A stretch of DNA of 64,000 bases from Cellvibrionales bacterium (GCA_014323765.1 JACONM010000010.1:188125-252124), one strand, 5' to 3'; shown: positions 9,907 to 19,842, counted from the first letter of the stretch. Numbers and translations are program-made. The notes: generated by a model not told the origin, from the sequence alone.

Positions 9907-10530
9907 TTAAAACGCTTGTTGGCGGCCCTGCGCCGCCGAGCACTTCGCCACGGCTTGCAAGGCCGCATCTAGAGTGACCACATCGGCATATTTGGCGTGC
10001 AGGTCAAACAGATTGGCGGCGTGAGCCTCCGGGTTACGGTCGCCGACCGCCTCACGCGGGATGAGAACACGATATTCACTCTGCAAGCCATCCACCGCCG
10101 TGGCGCGAACGCAGCCAGAGGTGGTCAGCCCCGTCACCACCAGTGAATCGACCCTCTGAGCATGTAACCGCCGCTCCAAACTGGTCTTGAAGAACGCACT
10201 GGCCCACTGCTTCTCGATCAGCTGCTCGCCGGGGGCCATGGCCAGCCGCGCATCCACCTGCACCCATTTTGAATCCGGCACCAGCACATTCAAAGCCGCG
10301 ACTCGCCGCCGAAAGACCTGCGCCTGCTGCGCATTCCGATACACCACAGTGGTAAAAAAAACCGGCAGAGCGGCGGCGCGAAAGGCAGCCAGCAAACGCT
10401 GATTCGCCGCCACTACCGCCGCAGCATCGGAACCCAGCGGGCATGCCGGATCCGTGAAACCATTGATCATATCCACCAGAATAAGCGCAGGCCGCTGCCC
10501 CAGCCCCAAGCTATTGCGCTGCAAATTCAC
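9907..10530 (-). CDS. isochorismatase-family cysteine hydrolase (N-carbamoylsarcosine/maleamate amidase-like)
   Basis: 207 aa with ALILVDMINGFTDP and the nucleophile region VVTGLTTSGCVRATAVDG. Its stop codon abuts the tRNA 3' end. Confidence 0.8.
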   Translation of the reverse strand: MNLQRNSLGLGQRPALILVDMINGFTDPACPLGSDAAAVVAANQRLLAAFRAAALPVFFTTVVYRNAQQAQVFRRRVAALNVLVPDSKWVQVDARLAMAPGEQLIEKQWASAFFKTSLERRLHAQRVDSLVVTGLTTSGCVRATAVDGLQSEYRVLIPREAVGDRNPEAHAANLFDLHAKYADVVTLDAALQAVAKCSAAQGRQQAF

Positions 10531-10579
10531 GGTGGCAACCTTAGCAATTCAGCCGATTCCAGCCGACAGTGATGCCGGT

Positions 10580-11536
10580 CTATTCCTGCACGGTGGCGGG
10601 CACAAATCCCTTAGGGAGGCCCGCATCCGGCGTAAAGCCATAGAGCTCCACCCCCGGCAGTGCCGCCGCCAATATCTTGCGCGCTTCCAAGAGCTTAGCG
10701 AAATTGACTCCCGTCTTCAGCCCCATGGACTCCAGCAAAAAAACCAAATCCTCGGTGACGATGTTACCGCTCGCGCCCGGCGCAAAAGGGCAGCCGCCAA
10801 TGCCAGCCATGGAGGAGTCCACCGTGGTCAACCCCACCTCGACCGCCGCCAGTGCATTGGCCAACCCTTGACCGCGGGTGTTATGCAGGTGAATACCGGT
10901 GAGATTTTCCCGCCCCACCGCGGCCCAGACTTTCCGGGTAAGGCGTTTTACCTGTTTGGGATTGGCGAAACCGGTGGTATCGGAAAGCCCCACCGCATCG
11001 CAGCCCGCTTCCAGCAGCTGTTCGGCCAACCGGACCACCCGATCCTCCGGCACCTGCCCTTCCAGAGTGCAGCCAAAGGCGGTGGCTAGGCCCCCTTCAA
11101 AAAACGGGCGATCTGCCGCAGGCAGGGCATCAAACATAGCACGAATGGCCCGCACCTCCGCCAGCATTTGCGTATGGGTACGCCGCACGTTGCGCAGGCT
11201 GTGGGTCTCGCTCGCCGACAGGGGGATCGACATCTTCCGCGCTCCCGCTTTGAGGGCGTTCTCCGCGCCCTTGGCATTGGGCACCAGCACGGTCACGCTC
11301 AAGCCTTGGATGCGCTGCGCATGCTCCACCATCTCGGCGGTGTCGGCCAGCTGCGGCAAGATCTTGGCCGGCACAAAGGAACCCACCTCAATTTCCGGCA
11401 ACCCCGCGGCCGCCAGTGCGCTGATCCAGTGCTTTTTGTCCGCCGTGCTCATGATCGCCGACACACTTTGCAGCCCATCGCGCGGGCCAACTTCGCTGAT
11501 TTCGATATCAAAGCGTTTTGTAGCGGAAGGAGGCAT
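10580..11536 (-). CDS. HMG-CoA lyase-like (HMGL family) C-C lyase, copy 1
   Basis: 318 aa with EVGPRDGLQS and GGCPFAPGASGNIVTEDLV motifs. Confidence 0.85.
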   Translation of the reverse strand: MPPSATKRFDIEISEVGPRDGLQSVSAIMSTADKKHWISALAAAGLPEIEVGSFVPAKILPQLADTAEMVEHAQRIQGLSVTVLVPNAKGAENALKAGARKMSIPLSASETHSLRNVRRTHTQMLAEVRAIRAMFDALPAADRPFFEGGLATAFGCTLEGQVPEDRVVRLAEQLLEAGCDAVGLSDTTGFANPKQVKRLTRKVWAAVGRENLTGIHLHNTRGQGLANALAAVEVGLTTVDSSMAGIGGCPFAPGASGNIVTEDLVFLLESMGLKTGVNFAKLLEARKILAAALPGVELYGFTPDAGLPKGFVPATVQE

Positions 11537-11663
11537 TGCTGCTGTCTCTTTTTTATCCTAGAAGGCGGGGCGATATTGTCGGGGCACTGGCGGGGACTTT
11601 CCGCCGCTCGGTTGTTATATCATAAGCCCTGCGCAGCACCAATTCCATTTTGCGAGCAAACTG

Positions 11664-12860
11664 ATGAGCCAACCGTTGCCATTGCATGGCCTGAAGGTCG
11701 TGGAATTCTCCCACATGGTGATGGGCCCCACCACTGGCGTATTGCTGGCAGATCTGGGGGCAGAAGTGGTCAAGGTGGAACCCTTAAAGGGCGACAACAC
11801 CCGCCGGTTGCAAGGCTCCGGGGCTGGCTACTTCGGCATGTACAACCGCAACAAACAGAGCCTATGCGTGGATCTGAAATCGGCGGAAGGGGCAGAAATC
11901 GCACACAAGCTGGCGGCGGCGGCGGACATTTTGCTGGAAAACTTTCGCCTAGGTGCCATGGATAAGCTGGGCTTTGGTTATGCGCAACTACGCCAGAAGA
12001 ACCCAAGGTTGATTTACTGCTCACTAAAAGGCTTCCTCAGCGGCCCCTATGAAAACCGCACCGCGCTGGATGAAGTCACGCAAATGATGGGCGGTCTGGC
12101 CTATATGACCGGCCTGCCGAACCGTCCCTTGCGGGCCGGCTCCTCGGTCATCGATATCACCGGCGGCATGTTTGGGGTCATCGGCATCCTAGCGGCACTG
12201 CAGGAGCGCAACCGCACTGGACTCGGTAAGCATGTTACGAGCTCGCTGTTTGAAACCACCGCTTATCTAGTCGGGCAACATATGGCGCAACAGGTGGTGT
12301 CCGGCGAGCCACCGCAGCCAATGTCTGTGCGCCGCAGTGCTTGGTCGGTGTACGATATTTTTGCCTGCGCGGGTGACGGGCGGGTCTTTGTGGGGGTGGT
12401 CAGCGACACCCTGTGGGGCGAATTTTGCAAGGAATTTCAGCTTACCGAATTTGCCAAGGACCCGGATCTAGCCACCAACAACCGCCGGGTGCAGCAGCGC
12501 GACCGCATTCTGCCGATAATTAGCGACCTCTTTGCGCGCATGCCCCAAGATGAGCTCATGGCCCGCCTAGAAAGGGCCGGCATCCCCTTTGCCCCCATTA
12601 ACCGGCCCGCCGACCTGTTTGATGACCCCCACCTGAATGCCGGGGGCGGACTGTTGAACGTGGACATTCCCCTGCCGGACGGCTCCAGCAAGCCCACTAA
12701 GTTGCCCGCCACCCCCCTTGAGTTTGACGGCCAGCGGCTGGGGTTGCGCCGTAACCTTCCCGCGCCGGGGGCGGATTCGGTGCAGGTGCTACGCGCCGCC
12801 GGCTATAAGCAGGAGGAGATCGACCGGCTGCTGGCACTGGATGTGATTCGGCAGCCATAG
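11664..12860 (+). CDS. family III CoA-transferase (CaiB/BaiF), copy 1
   Basis: 398 aa. The N-terminus LHGLKVVEFSHMVMGPTTGVLLADLGAEVVKVEP is typical of family III CoA-transferases. Confidence 0.85.
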   Translation: MSQPLPLHGLKVVEFSHMVMGPTTGVLLADLGAEVVKVEPLKGDNTRRLQGSGAGYFGMYNRNKQSLCVDLKSAEGAEIAHKLAAAADILLENFRLGAMDKLGFGYAQLRQKNPRLIYCSLKGFLSGPYENRTALDEVTQMMGGLAYMTGLPNRPLRAGSSVIDITGGMFGVIGILAALQERNRTGLGKHVTSSLFETTAYLVGQHMAQQVVSGEPPQPMSVRRSAWSVYDIFACAGDGRVFVGVVSDTLWGEFCKEFQLTEFAKDPDLATNNRRVQQRDRILPIISDLFARMPQDELMARLERAGIPFAPINRPADLFDDPHLNAGGGLLNVDIPLPDGSSKPTKLPATPLEFDGQRLGLRRNLPAPGADSVQVLRAAGYKQEEIDRLLALDVIRQP

Positions 12861-12882
12861 CTAAATCTCCATCAAGCCTCCT

Positions 12883-13779
12883 TTAAGTCTCTATCAGTTC
12901 CAGCCATTCCCCCGCCGCGCCGCGGACCAAGCCTACCTTTTTGCCGCCATAGGGCGCATCAGAGACGGGTCTTGGCGGCACTTTCCAATCCACCGCCAGC
13001 CGCTCGATATCCACCACCGCAACGCTGACCACGGCAATGCCCGGCGGCAGCCGTCCGGGCGGGCAGACTCGGTGGCTGGCCGCTTCTATCTGGTCGATTT
13101 CGAGCAAACACTGCCCCGCCAACTGCAGGGTTGCGACCGGGTGCTGGCGGTCGATATTCCAGCTGTAGGCTTGGTTGAGCACAGTAATTTTGGTGGTGAA
13201 GAAAAGGGGCTCGACCCCCGCCAGCCGTGCGTAAAAATCCGCCGCGGCTTGGCGGTCCGGGGTGCAGATTATCGGGATAAACAGGCGGTCCACTGCGCAA
13301 CGCGCCTGCGGCAAGTCAAAGGGCGGCACCGGGGCTTTGACTTGGGTCAGATACAACACTTCGCCACAGGGTCCACTCACCTGACAAGCGCGAATGCTAT
13401 CCGACAGATCAAGGTTGGCGGGCGGGCGCAACAGGGTGAAGGCCGAATCCGCCAATTCCGCCGCCAGCACATCCACGTCCGCCACCAGCAATTCGAGTGC
13501 TAACCAGCCGTGGTGCTGAAGCGGTGTCGGTCGCGGGCAGCCAATATCCTCGACAATCCGCAGCCAAACTTCGCCGCAAGCATTGGCCAGCAACGCCATG
13601 CGAGAACCGCACAGTGTCGGACTACCCCAGAGTTCCGCCAGCTCGCCACTGACCTGCGTCTGCTCCGCCACCACCGTATGCAGGCTATCCCGATAGGCAG
13701 CGATTGCCGCCCCTAAGTCAGGCGCGACCAGCGTACAAAGCCGCACCGGCCCTAAGTGCGCAACATTATTCCGGCTCAT
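12883..13779 (-). CDS. hypothetical protein, possibly a two-domain VOC (glyoxalase/dioxygenase-like) fold
   Basis: 298-aa ORF with protein-like composition filling the gap between flanking genes. The VOC assignment rests only on weak resemblance and its two-repeat organisation. Confidence 0.4.
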   Translation of the reverse strand: MSRNNVAHLGPVRLCTLVAPDLGAAIAAYRDSLHTVVAEQTQVSGELAELWGSPTLCGSRMALLANACGEVWLRIVEDIGCPRPTPLQHHGWLALELLVADVDVLAAELADSAFTLLRPPANLDLSDSIRACQVSGPCGEVLYLTQVKAPVPPFDLPQARCAVDRLFIPIICTPDRQAAADFYARLAGVEPLFFTTKITVLNQAYSWNIDRQHPVATLQLAGQCLLEIDQIEAASHRVCPPGRLPPGIAVVSVAVVDIERLAVDWKVPPRPVSDAPYGGKKVGLVRGAAGEWLELIET

Positions 13780-13941
13780 TCTGTGCCTCCTGCTGGCCCG
13801 ACCACCTCACGACAGTTCGCCGGGCTAGGCGGATTGACTAAACGCAATGGGTTGTTTAGCATCGCGCTTCTACACCTTGGCGTTCGTTGGTTCACCGCTT
13901 GTGGCCAGCGACAAATACAAACACAGGATTGGGGACTAAGC

Positions 13942-14637
13942 ATGCTAATCACCGAACTTGCCGTGCTCAAGTGGGCGCACATTCTCGCGATGGTCTATTG
14001 GCTCGGCGGCGAATGGGGGGTGTTTCAAACATCCTACAACGTCGTCAATCGCAAGCTGGCTATGGACGAGCGCAAACGCCATATGGAGACAGCCTACCGC
14101 ATCGACATTCTGGCGCGCACCGGCATCCTGTTGCTGTTTCCGCTCGGGTTTCATATGGGCAAGTTTTGGGGGGTTCATCTATGGGCGGGCGGTCAACAGT
14201 CTCTTATCGACCTCGCTATTGTCCTCTGCTGGATTTTCTTCGGTCTGTGGTTGGTGCTCTGCTGGGCGGCTTTTGTGTATCGGGAAACCGACCGCGGCAT
14301 CCGCTTGACCCGTATCGATGAGTCGATTCGCTTTGTGTTCATCCCCGTTACCCTGCTCGCCAGCATTTCGTCTTTATTGGGGCATGGTCCGTTTCTCGGT
14401 GAACCGGGCTGGTTTGCCGCCAAAATACTGGTTTTCTCCCTGCTATTGATAATTGGTTTGAAGCTGCGTTTTATTATGCGCGAGTGGACTCACATGTTCC
14501 GGTTGCTGGCGCAAAAAGAAGATGCCGAGGTTGAAAATACTTTGGAGAGATCCATTCGCATCGGGCGCAACCTAGCCTATGTGTATTGGGTTGGCATTGC
14601 CACAGTGGCTTTCTTGGGTGCGACAAAACCTTTTTAG
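13942..14637 (+). CDS. integral membrane protein of unknown function (about 6 TM)
   Basis: Refined start is the ATG at 13942 (MLITELAVLKWAHILAMVYWLGGEWG...). The ORF-track N-terminal extension overlaps the upstream divergent gene and looks non-coding. Several hydrophobic helices are visible. Confidence 0.55.
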   Translation: MLITELAVLKWAHILAMVYWLGGEWGVFQTSYNVVNRKLAMDERKRHMETAYRIDILARTGILLLFPLGFHMGKFWGVHLWAGGQQSLIDLAIVLCWIFFGLWLVLCWAAFVYRETDRGIRLTRIDESIRFVFIPVTLLASISSLLGHGPFLGEPGWFAAKILVFSLLLIIGLKLRFIMREWTHMFRLLAQKEDAEVENTLERSIRIGRNLAYVYWVGIATVAFLGATKPF

Positions 14638-14670
14638 TGCCGCCCGAAATGCGGGGCGCGGGCAGCTCTG

Positions 14671-15402
14671 CTACTCGATCACCAACTCCACCAGTTCATA
14701 GTGGGTTTGCATATAGCCTGCGGCCCCGGCTTTCAGAAAAATATAATCCTCATCCGCGGTACACCAAAGATCATAGGGTGGATGCTCTTCCGGCAAGCCG
14801 CCCTCCGCCGTGTCTGTTACTTGAAAGTGGCGCGCACGGAAGTGGCCTGCCGCCACTTCCACGTCCTCTTCGCCCAGATACACAATAGAAAAACTCATAC
14901 GGAAGAATTGCGGCCCGCTGGCACCGCGATGGTCCGGCGAGGACAGCATGACCTCCGGAACATGTTGTTTGCCGGGGCCTTGACTTAGGTCGTAGATTTT
15001 CATCAGAAGCGCGTCGCCCACAATGGGGTGGCACTGCATCCAAGCGATCGGTTTTTCAATCTCGATCTGCTCGCTAATGCGACCGGCGGTGCGGTTGAAA
15101 CTCTCGCCAATCAAGCGGTCATCGGCAAAATGGAACCAGCCGCTGCCTTCAAATTGGTTGCCGACGGTAAGCCGCACCGAACAGTCCCGCGGGGCCGAGG
15201 TGCGGTGGTCTAACGCCTGACAAATATCGCGTATCACCGCCGGTTCGTCGTCGATTTCACAGTGCGCCAATAGCAGATCAACACCGTCCGGTTGCTGAGT
15301 CAGGGTGAAGTATTCCCGCCCGCGCTCTTCATTCATCCGCTCAGGTTTTCTGCTGGTATAAATTAACTTGCCGCGCAGGGTGCGACAGCCCGTCCCGCGC
15401 AT
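14671..15402 (-). CDS. hypothetical protein (243 aa), translationally coupled to the MFS gene
   Basis: The ATG at 15402 overlaps the MFS stop as TAATG. Composition is protein-like and I recognise no family. Confidence 0.5.
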   Translation of the reverse strand: MRGTGCRTLRGKLIYTSRKPERMNEERGREYFTLTQQPDGVDLLLAHCEIDDEPAVIRDICQALDHRTSAPRDCSVRLTVGNQFEGSGWFHFADDRLIGESFNRTAGRISEQIEIEKPIAWMQCHPIVGDALLMKIYDLSQGPGKQHVPEVMLSSPDHRGASGPQFFRMSFSIVYLGEEDVEVAAGHFRARHFQVTDTAEGGLPEEHPPYDLWCTADEDYIFLKAGAAGYMQTHYELVELVIE

Positions 15403-16652
15403 TATCTTGCCCCCTCCGCCCGCTCGCCAGAGACAGCGAGCGGCTGCGCTACCGGTTTAATTTGAAATACGCAAATAATTGCCACCAAGATCAACGCAGT
15501 AAAGATCCAGAAAGCCGGGGCATAGGAGTCAAACCGGTCGTAAATATACCCGGTGAGCCAAATACCCAGTCCACCGCCCAGCGCATCCAGAATCGTAATG
15601 GTGCCAAGGATCTTCCCCGCCGCCTTTAAGCCAAAACACTTCATAGCCGATAATTGAATCATGGTATAGACACCGCCCCAACCCAAGCCAAACAGAGTGA
15701 CGGCAACCCAGATGATATTTTTTTGCATTGTCAGCAGGCAGATGGCACCAAGTAGCATGACCGCCAGATTGCCGAGAAACACAATCTTTCTCGGCAAATA
15801 ATCCGCCAGCAATCCAAATACAAATTTTCCCACTAGGGCATAGAGGAAAAAAGTAGAAATGTAATTGGTTGCTGCTTGCGGGCTGAATTCCAGATCGCGA
15901 AGATGGAGAAATAAATGGGCCGAGACGGCCAGCACAGTATAAAAAGTGCTCATGGCAATAATTGCCAACGCCCAGAACGTTCTGGTTTTTAAGGCATCCT
16001 GATACGCCACCCCGGTGACCTCATTGGCCGATTCTGCCGCCGCATAGCCGCCATAGGGTTCCAATCCGATATCTTCAGGCCGGTTGCGCACTGCAAAAAC
16101 TGTCAGCAACAACATGATTATCGGAAAAATAATGCCGGCCTGAAAAGCCGCCATCCAGCTATGATTTTCCAACATATAGGTGCCCAGCTGCGGCAACACC
16201 GCCCCGCCGAGACTGGTGCCCACCAAGGCGATGCCGATGGCAGTGCCGCGCCGCGCAATAAACCAGTGTGAGACTAGGATCACGGCGGCATTCAAACCGC
16301 ATGCTACTAATACAAACCCTAGCAGCACATGGATGCCATAGAGCCCCAACAGCGACTGCAAGTTAGAATAAAGAAAATAGGCGACGGCTAAAATAACCCA
16401 ACCCACCATCATGCAAGCTCGAACCCCGTAACGGTCAATAAGGATGCCGACGAAGGGGGCACTTAACCCGACCACCGCGAAAGTAACCATATCGCGAAAC
16501 TTCAGTTCGCCGCGCTGCCAATTAAATTGCTCGAGCAAGGCTTCGTCGAATACGGGCAACGCGGTAATGCTCATGCCGTTGCTGAACAACAGTGCCAGAC
16601 AGGCAAATGTGGCGATTAGCCAGGGTACATACTGTTGCAGGGAATGTTTCAT
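15402..16652 (-). CDS. MFS transporter
   Basis: About 12 predicted TM helices with MFS-like loops. Refined start is the ATG at 16652, with GAGAGG upstream. The ORF is open to 16667. Confidence 0.8.
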   Translation of the reverse strand: MKHSLQQYVPWLIATFACLALLFSNGMSITALPVFDEALLEQFNWQRGELKFRDMVTFAVVGLSAPFVGILIDRYGVRACMMVGWVILAVAYFLYSNLQSLLGLYGIHVLLGFVLVACGLNAAVILVSHWFIARRGTAIGIALVGTSLGGAVLPQLGTYMLENHSWMAAFQAGIIFPIIMLLLTVFAVRNRPEDIGLEPYGGYAAAESANEVTGVAYQDALKTRTFWALAIIAMSTFYTVLAVSAHLFLHLRDLEFSPQAATNYISTFFLYALVGKFVFGLLADYLPRKIVFLGNLAVMLLGAICLLTMQKNIIWVAVTLFGLGWGGVYTMIQLSAMKCFGLKAAGKILGTITILDALGGGLGIWLTGYIYDRFDSYAPAFWIFTALILVAIICVFQIKPVAQPLAVSGERAEGAR

Positions 16653-16678
16653 GGTGGGGCCTCTCATTTTCTGGAATG

Positions 16679-17791
16679 CTAGATAATACCACGTTCCTTA
16701 AGCCTGTCGATGCTGGCGGCAAGGGTATCCATAAAATGGGAGCGCTCTGGGGCAATTACCCTATTTACCTTTGCCCTATCTATCTTATCGCCTGCCAACA
16801 TGTTATTGGCCGGATACAGGCTATCCCCGCCATACACTGTGGCAAACAATTCTAATCGCTGCCGCGCCAGCATGTTGGTCATAGAGGGGCGTGAACGCGC
16901 CTTTCTGAGCGCATCGATATGCAATTCGCCGTTGCCGCACATGGACTCGCCCGGCCCGGCCTCGCCAAGCACATAGCCGCGGTAATCGACCACCTGCGAA
17001 TGCCCATCGGTAGAAGATGCCGGAAAGGCAATGCCGCTAATTCCCGCGCTGTTGGCGGAAACCACATAAGCCATATTTTCATAGGCCCGGGCCAGCTTGG
17101 CAACATTTTTAGGGGTCTGTCGGGGGCTGCCGACTTCGCTGGAAGAATGGCAGAGGACTTCCGCGCCTTTTAATGCCAATGCGCGAGAGATTTCCGGATA
17201 AAGAATTTCTTCAGAGGCCACACAGGCAAGCCGTCCGATCTCCGTATCAGCGACTGGGAACAGGCTATCTTGACCGTAAATATCCAAATATTTATCCAGC
17301 ACATCATGGGGAGTCGGCGCAAACATGGACAGCAAGCGCCGATAGCGTAACAGTATTTCGCCGTTGGGGGCGATAATAAAACTGGTCTGAAAATAGAGTT
17401 CGGGGAAGTGTTCATCCAACTCATAAACATTGCCGGAAAGATACAGATTTGTTTGGCTGGCCAGCTGTCCCAATGCCGTGTATTCAGGCCCGTCTGACTT
17501 AATACAGGCTTTCTCCCGCCACTCGGCAATGGACTCCTGCATCGGGAAACCCGTCAGAAAGTATTCGGGCAAGACCGCTAAACGCGGCGGCAGACCATTA
17601 AAAGAGCGCATAAACCCGCTACTGCCGAGCAAGAGTCTGCGGATATGCTCGATATTGGCGAGCATCTGCGCACGAACCGCGGCGGGATCTTGCAACGCAT
17701 TGACTGCGCGGCAGTTCACTTGCAAAGCAAGGGCGGCGTAACTGTCGATAGGCTGGCGTTTGGTTGCTGGAGTTAGCTCGCTGGCAGGCAC
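16679..17791 (-). CDS. carbon-nitrogen hydrolase (nitrilase superfamily) amidase-like
   Basis: 370 aa with LAVLPEYFLTGFP (catalytic Glu region) and GRLACVASEEILYPE (Cys region). Confidence 0.7.
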   Translation of the reverse strand: MPASELTPATKRQPIDSYAALALQVNCRAVNALQDPAAVRAQMLANIEHIRRLLLGSSGFMRSFNGLPPRLAVLPEYFLTGFPMQESIAEWREKACIKSDGPEYTALGQLASQTNLYLSGNVYELDEHFPELYFQTSFIIAPNGEILLRYRRLLSMFAPTPHDVLDKYLDIYGQDSLFPVADTEIGRLACVASEEILYPEISRALALKGAEVLCHSSSEVGSPRQTPKNVAKLARAYENMAYVVSANSAGISGIAFPASSTDGHSQVVDYRGYVLGEAGPGESMCGNGELHIDALRKARSRPSMTNMLARQRLELFATVYGGDSLYPANNMLAGDKIDRAKVNRVIAPERSHFMDTLAASIDRLKERGII

Positions 17792-17792
17792 G

Positions 17793-18101
17793 TCAATCCC
17801 TCTTTTTGTCGGCTTGGCAGCCGTCGATTAGCAGCACGGTAAACTCGCCCGTTCCAGCGCGCAACTGTCTCACCTCGGCATATTCTGGCGAGGCCCAAAA
17901 CCGCCGCGCCGCTTGCATATCCGGCCATTCATGCATGACCACCTTGCGCTCTTGCCACTGGCCTTCAAGCAGCTGAGTCTCGCCCGCAATAATTCGATAA
18001 ATACCGCCAAACTTGGCGACCAAAGGGGTTACCGCCTGCACATAGCGGCTGAATTTGGCCGGGTCCGTGATGTTGGCTTGCACCAAAATATAGGCGGACA
18101 T
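17793..18101 (-). CDS. DUF1330-like small protein
   Basis: Refined start is the ATG at 18101 (MSAYILVQANITDPAKFSRYVQAVTPLVAKFGG...). Size and sequence resemble the DUF1330 family. It begins 2 nt after the upstream gene. Confidence 0.6.
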   Translation of the reverse strand: MSAYILVQANITDPAKFSRYVQAVTPLVAKFGGIYRIIAGETQLLEGQWQERKVVMHEWPDMQAARRFWASPEYAEVRQLRAGTGEFTVLLIDGCQADKKRD

Positions 18102-18201
18102 GGTTGCGATGTTCTGGGTTGGATTTTGCGCAAGATAGCATGCATGCGGGCGCATTGCCATGCACACATGCGCCGGGCGGTGCCGATTCACCGGCCCTGC
18201 G

Positions 18202-18230
18202 TTGACATGTGCCTAGTTGCGCTGCATAAT
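18202..18230 (+). promoter_or_regulatory. candidate sigma-70 promoter (TTGACA-N17-CATAAT)
   Basis: Exact -35 at 18202..18207, a 17-nt spacer, and CATAAT at 18225..18230, about 70 nt upstream of the 18300 ATG. Confidence 0.45.
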
Positions 18231-18299
18231 CCGCCGCTCATATGAGCTTGAAGCATCGATATCAAGCCGCCTCCACTGCGTTGCACTGAGGGAATCCCC

Positions 18300-19202
18300 A
18301 TGAAAATTTCAACGACACTAGCGTATCTAGCCGCTCTGCTGCTGGCGACCGGCCCGGTATTGGCGGGCAAGATCGACCCCAATACCGCCGCGGGTTACGT
18401 CCAGCTTAATCGCAAAATTCAGTGCTCGCTGAAAGACGAAGACCCGCAGGTCTACGGCTGGAGCGGGCGCGGCTATTCCCGCGTTCCCGGGGAGCGCGAC
18501 CGGCACCTCTTTAATGTCGAGGGCATGAATATCCGCCAGTGCGTCAGCACCAAGGATAAGGTTCGCGGCACCGGCTACCGGCTGGTATCGCGGGAAATCA
18601 TGCTTTATCTAGATCCCAAAACCGATGAGATATTGCGCACTTGGGAGAACCCATGGACCGGGGCCCGCAATGAGGTGGTGCATGTGGCCAATGACCCGGT
18701 CAATTTTGGCGACTTCGGAAAAACCAAGGACGGCAAGGCAAAATCGTTCGAGTTGCGGGATGTCAACGGGACTTTTCTGATGCAGCTTGAAGTACCGCTG
18801 TTTTATACCAATCCCCTAGGCGGGAATTATCAGAAGTATGTCGGCGGCACTTACCACGCCACCGAAATTTTCGATTTCAATGGCAGCACTGAAGAATTGC
18901 TCGATGACCGCAAGCCAGTATCTTACCCGGTCATATCTTGGGTGCGCATTGCCCAGTGGCTACCGTGGATGGAGATGGGCAGCCGCAGCGGTCTTCTGTA
19001 CTTCAACGCCATGGGTAAAAAACTAAACGGTTTTCAGCAGCTGCCTGCGATTTTGAAGGATGAGATCGCGGCAAACTACCCGGAATACACCGCCCCGCCG
19101 CCCACCGATGACAAGCGCCCGAATGAAACGTCGTGGACCTATATGAAGAAAATCATCGATAAGCGAGGCGGTGGAAAAAATGCTGACAAACCCCGCCACT
19201 AA
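18300..19202 (+). CDS. secreted protein of unknown function (DUF1838-like by recollection)
   Basis: 300 aa with the signal peptide MKISTTLAYLAALLLATGPVLAG. Confidence 0.6.
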   Translation: MKISTTLAYLAALLLATGPVLAGKIDPNTAAGYVQLNRKIQCSLKDEDPQVYGWSGRGYSRVPGERDRHLFNVEGMNIRQCVSTKDKVRGTGYRLVSREIMLYLDPKTDEILRTWENPWTGARNEVVHVANDPVNFGDFGKTKDGKAKSFELRDVNGTFLMQLEVPLFYTNPLGGNYQKYVGGTYHATEIFDFNGSTEELLDDRKPVSYPVISWVRIAQWLPWMEMGSRSGLLYFNAMGKKLNGFQQLPAILKDEIAANYPEYTAPPPTDDKRPNETSWTYMKKIIDKRGGGKNADKPRH

Positions 19203-19212
19203 AAACAGGATC

Positions 19213-19842
19213 ATGACCATGCGCATTGCACTGATGAAAACCTGGCTAGGCGCACTCGCCTGTCTGCTGTGTGGCAGCCTTGCGCTCGCCGCACCGGTGG
19301 CCGAGGAGGATCGCCTGCCTATTGATCTGCGGCGTACCACTCTGGTGGTGAAGGATATTGAGCACTCGCTGGCTTTTTATCGCGATGCGCTAGGCATGCA
19401 GGTCATTTACGACAATATGATTATCAACCCGCGCTCGGCTCCGCCAGAAAAGGCGGATAAGGTGATGCGCTTGGTGTTTCTGCGCGCCAACGATAATTAC
19501 GTGGGAATCGTCGGCCTGCTGCAATATCTGAAACCGAAAAAAGAGACTATCGATCTCACCGATAGTGCTTTTAAGGAAGGTACGGCTGTGCTGGTGTTTA
19601 ATTTGGAAAATCTGCACGAGAGCTTTGCCAAGGCCCGTCAGGTTAAGGGCGTGGTGGTGTTGGAGGAACCTAAACCGGTTAGCTATCCCTCCTACGATGG
19701 TAAAAGCATGATCCATGTTTTGGTCAGTGCCATGCAAGATCCAGATGGGTTCACTGTGGAGCTTAACCAGCTACAGCAAGAAATCCGCCAAAACCTGCCA
19801 GCCAATGCCCCGCCGGCGAGTGCGGCAAAATCGAATAACTGA
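19213..19842 (+). CDS. secreted VOC-family (glyoxalase/bleomycin-resistance fold) protein
   Basis: Signal peptide (LGALACLLCGSLALAAP) followed by a VOC-like segment, RTTLVVKDIEHSLAFYRDALGMQV. The start could be 19213 or 19219. Confidence 0.65.
   Translation: MTMRIALMKTWLGALACLLCGSLALAAPVAEEDRLPIDLRRTTLVVKDIEHSLAFYRDALGMQVIYDNMIINPRSAPPEKADKVMRLVFLRANDNYVGIVGLLQYLKPKKETIDLTDSAFKEGTAVLVFNLENLHESFAKARQVKGVVVLEEPKPVSYPSYDGKSMIHVLVSAMQDPDGFTVELNQLQQEIRQNLPANAPPASAAKSNN

Noticed and set aside
10454-11965. Plus-strand ORFs of 211-265 aa overlapping the HMGL-like gene
   Set aside because: They are antisense to a gene with clear HMGL motifs. Their composition is R/A/G-rich and they are high-GC shadows.
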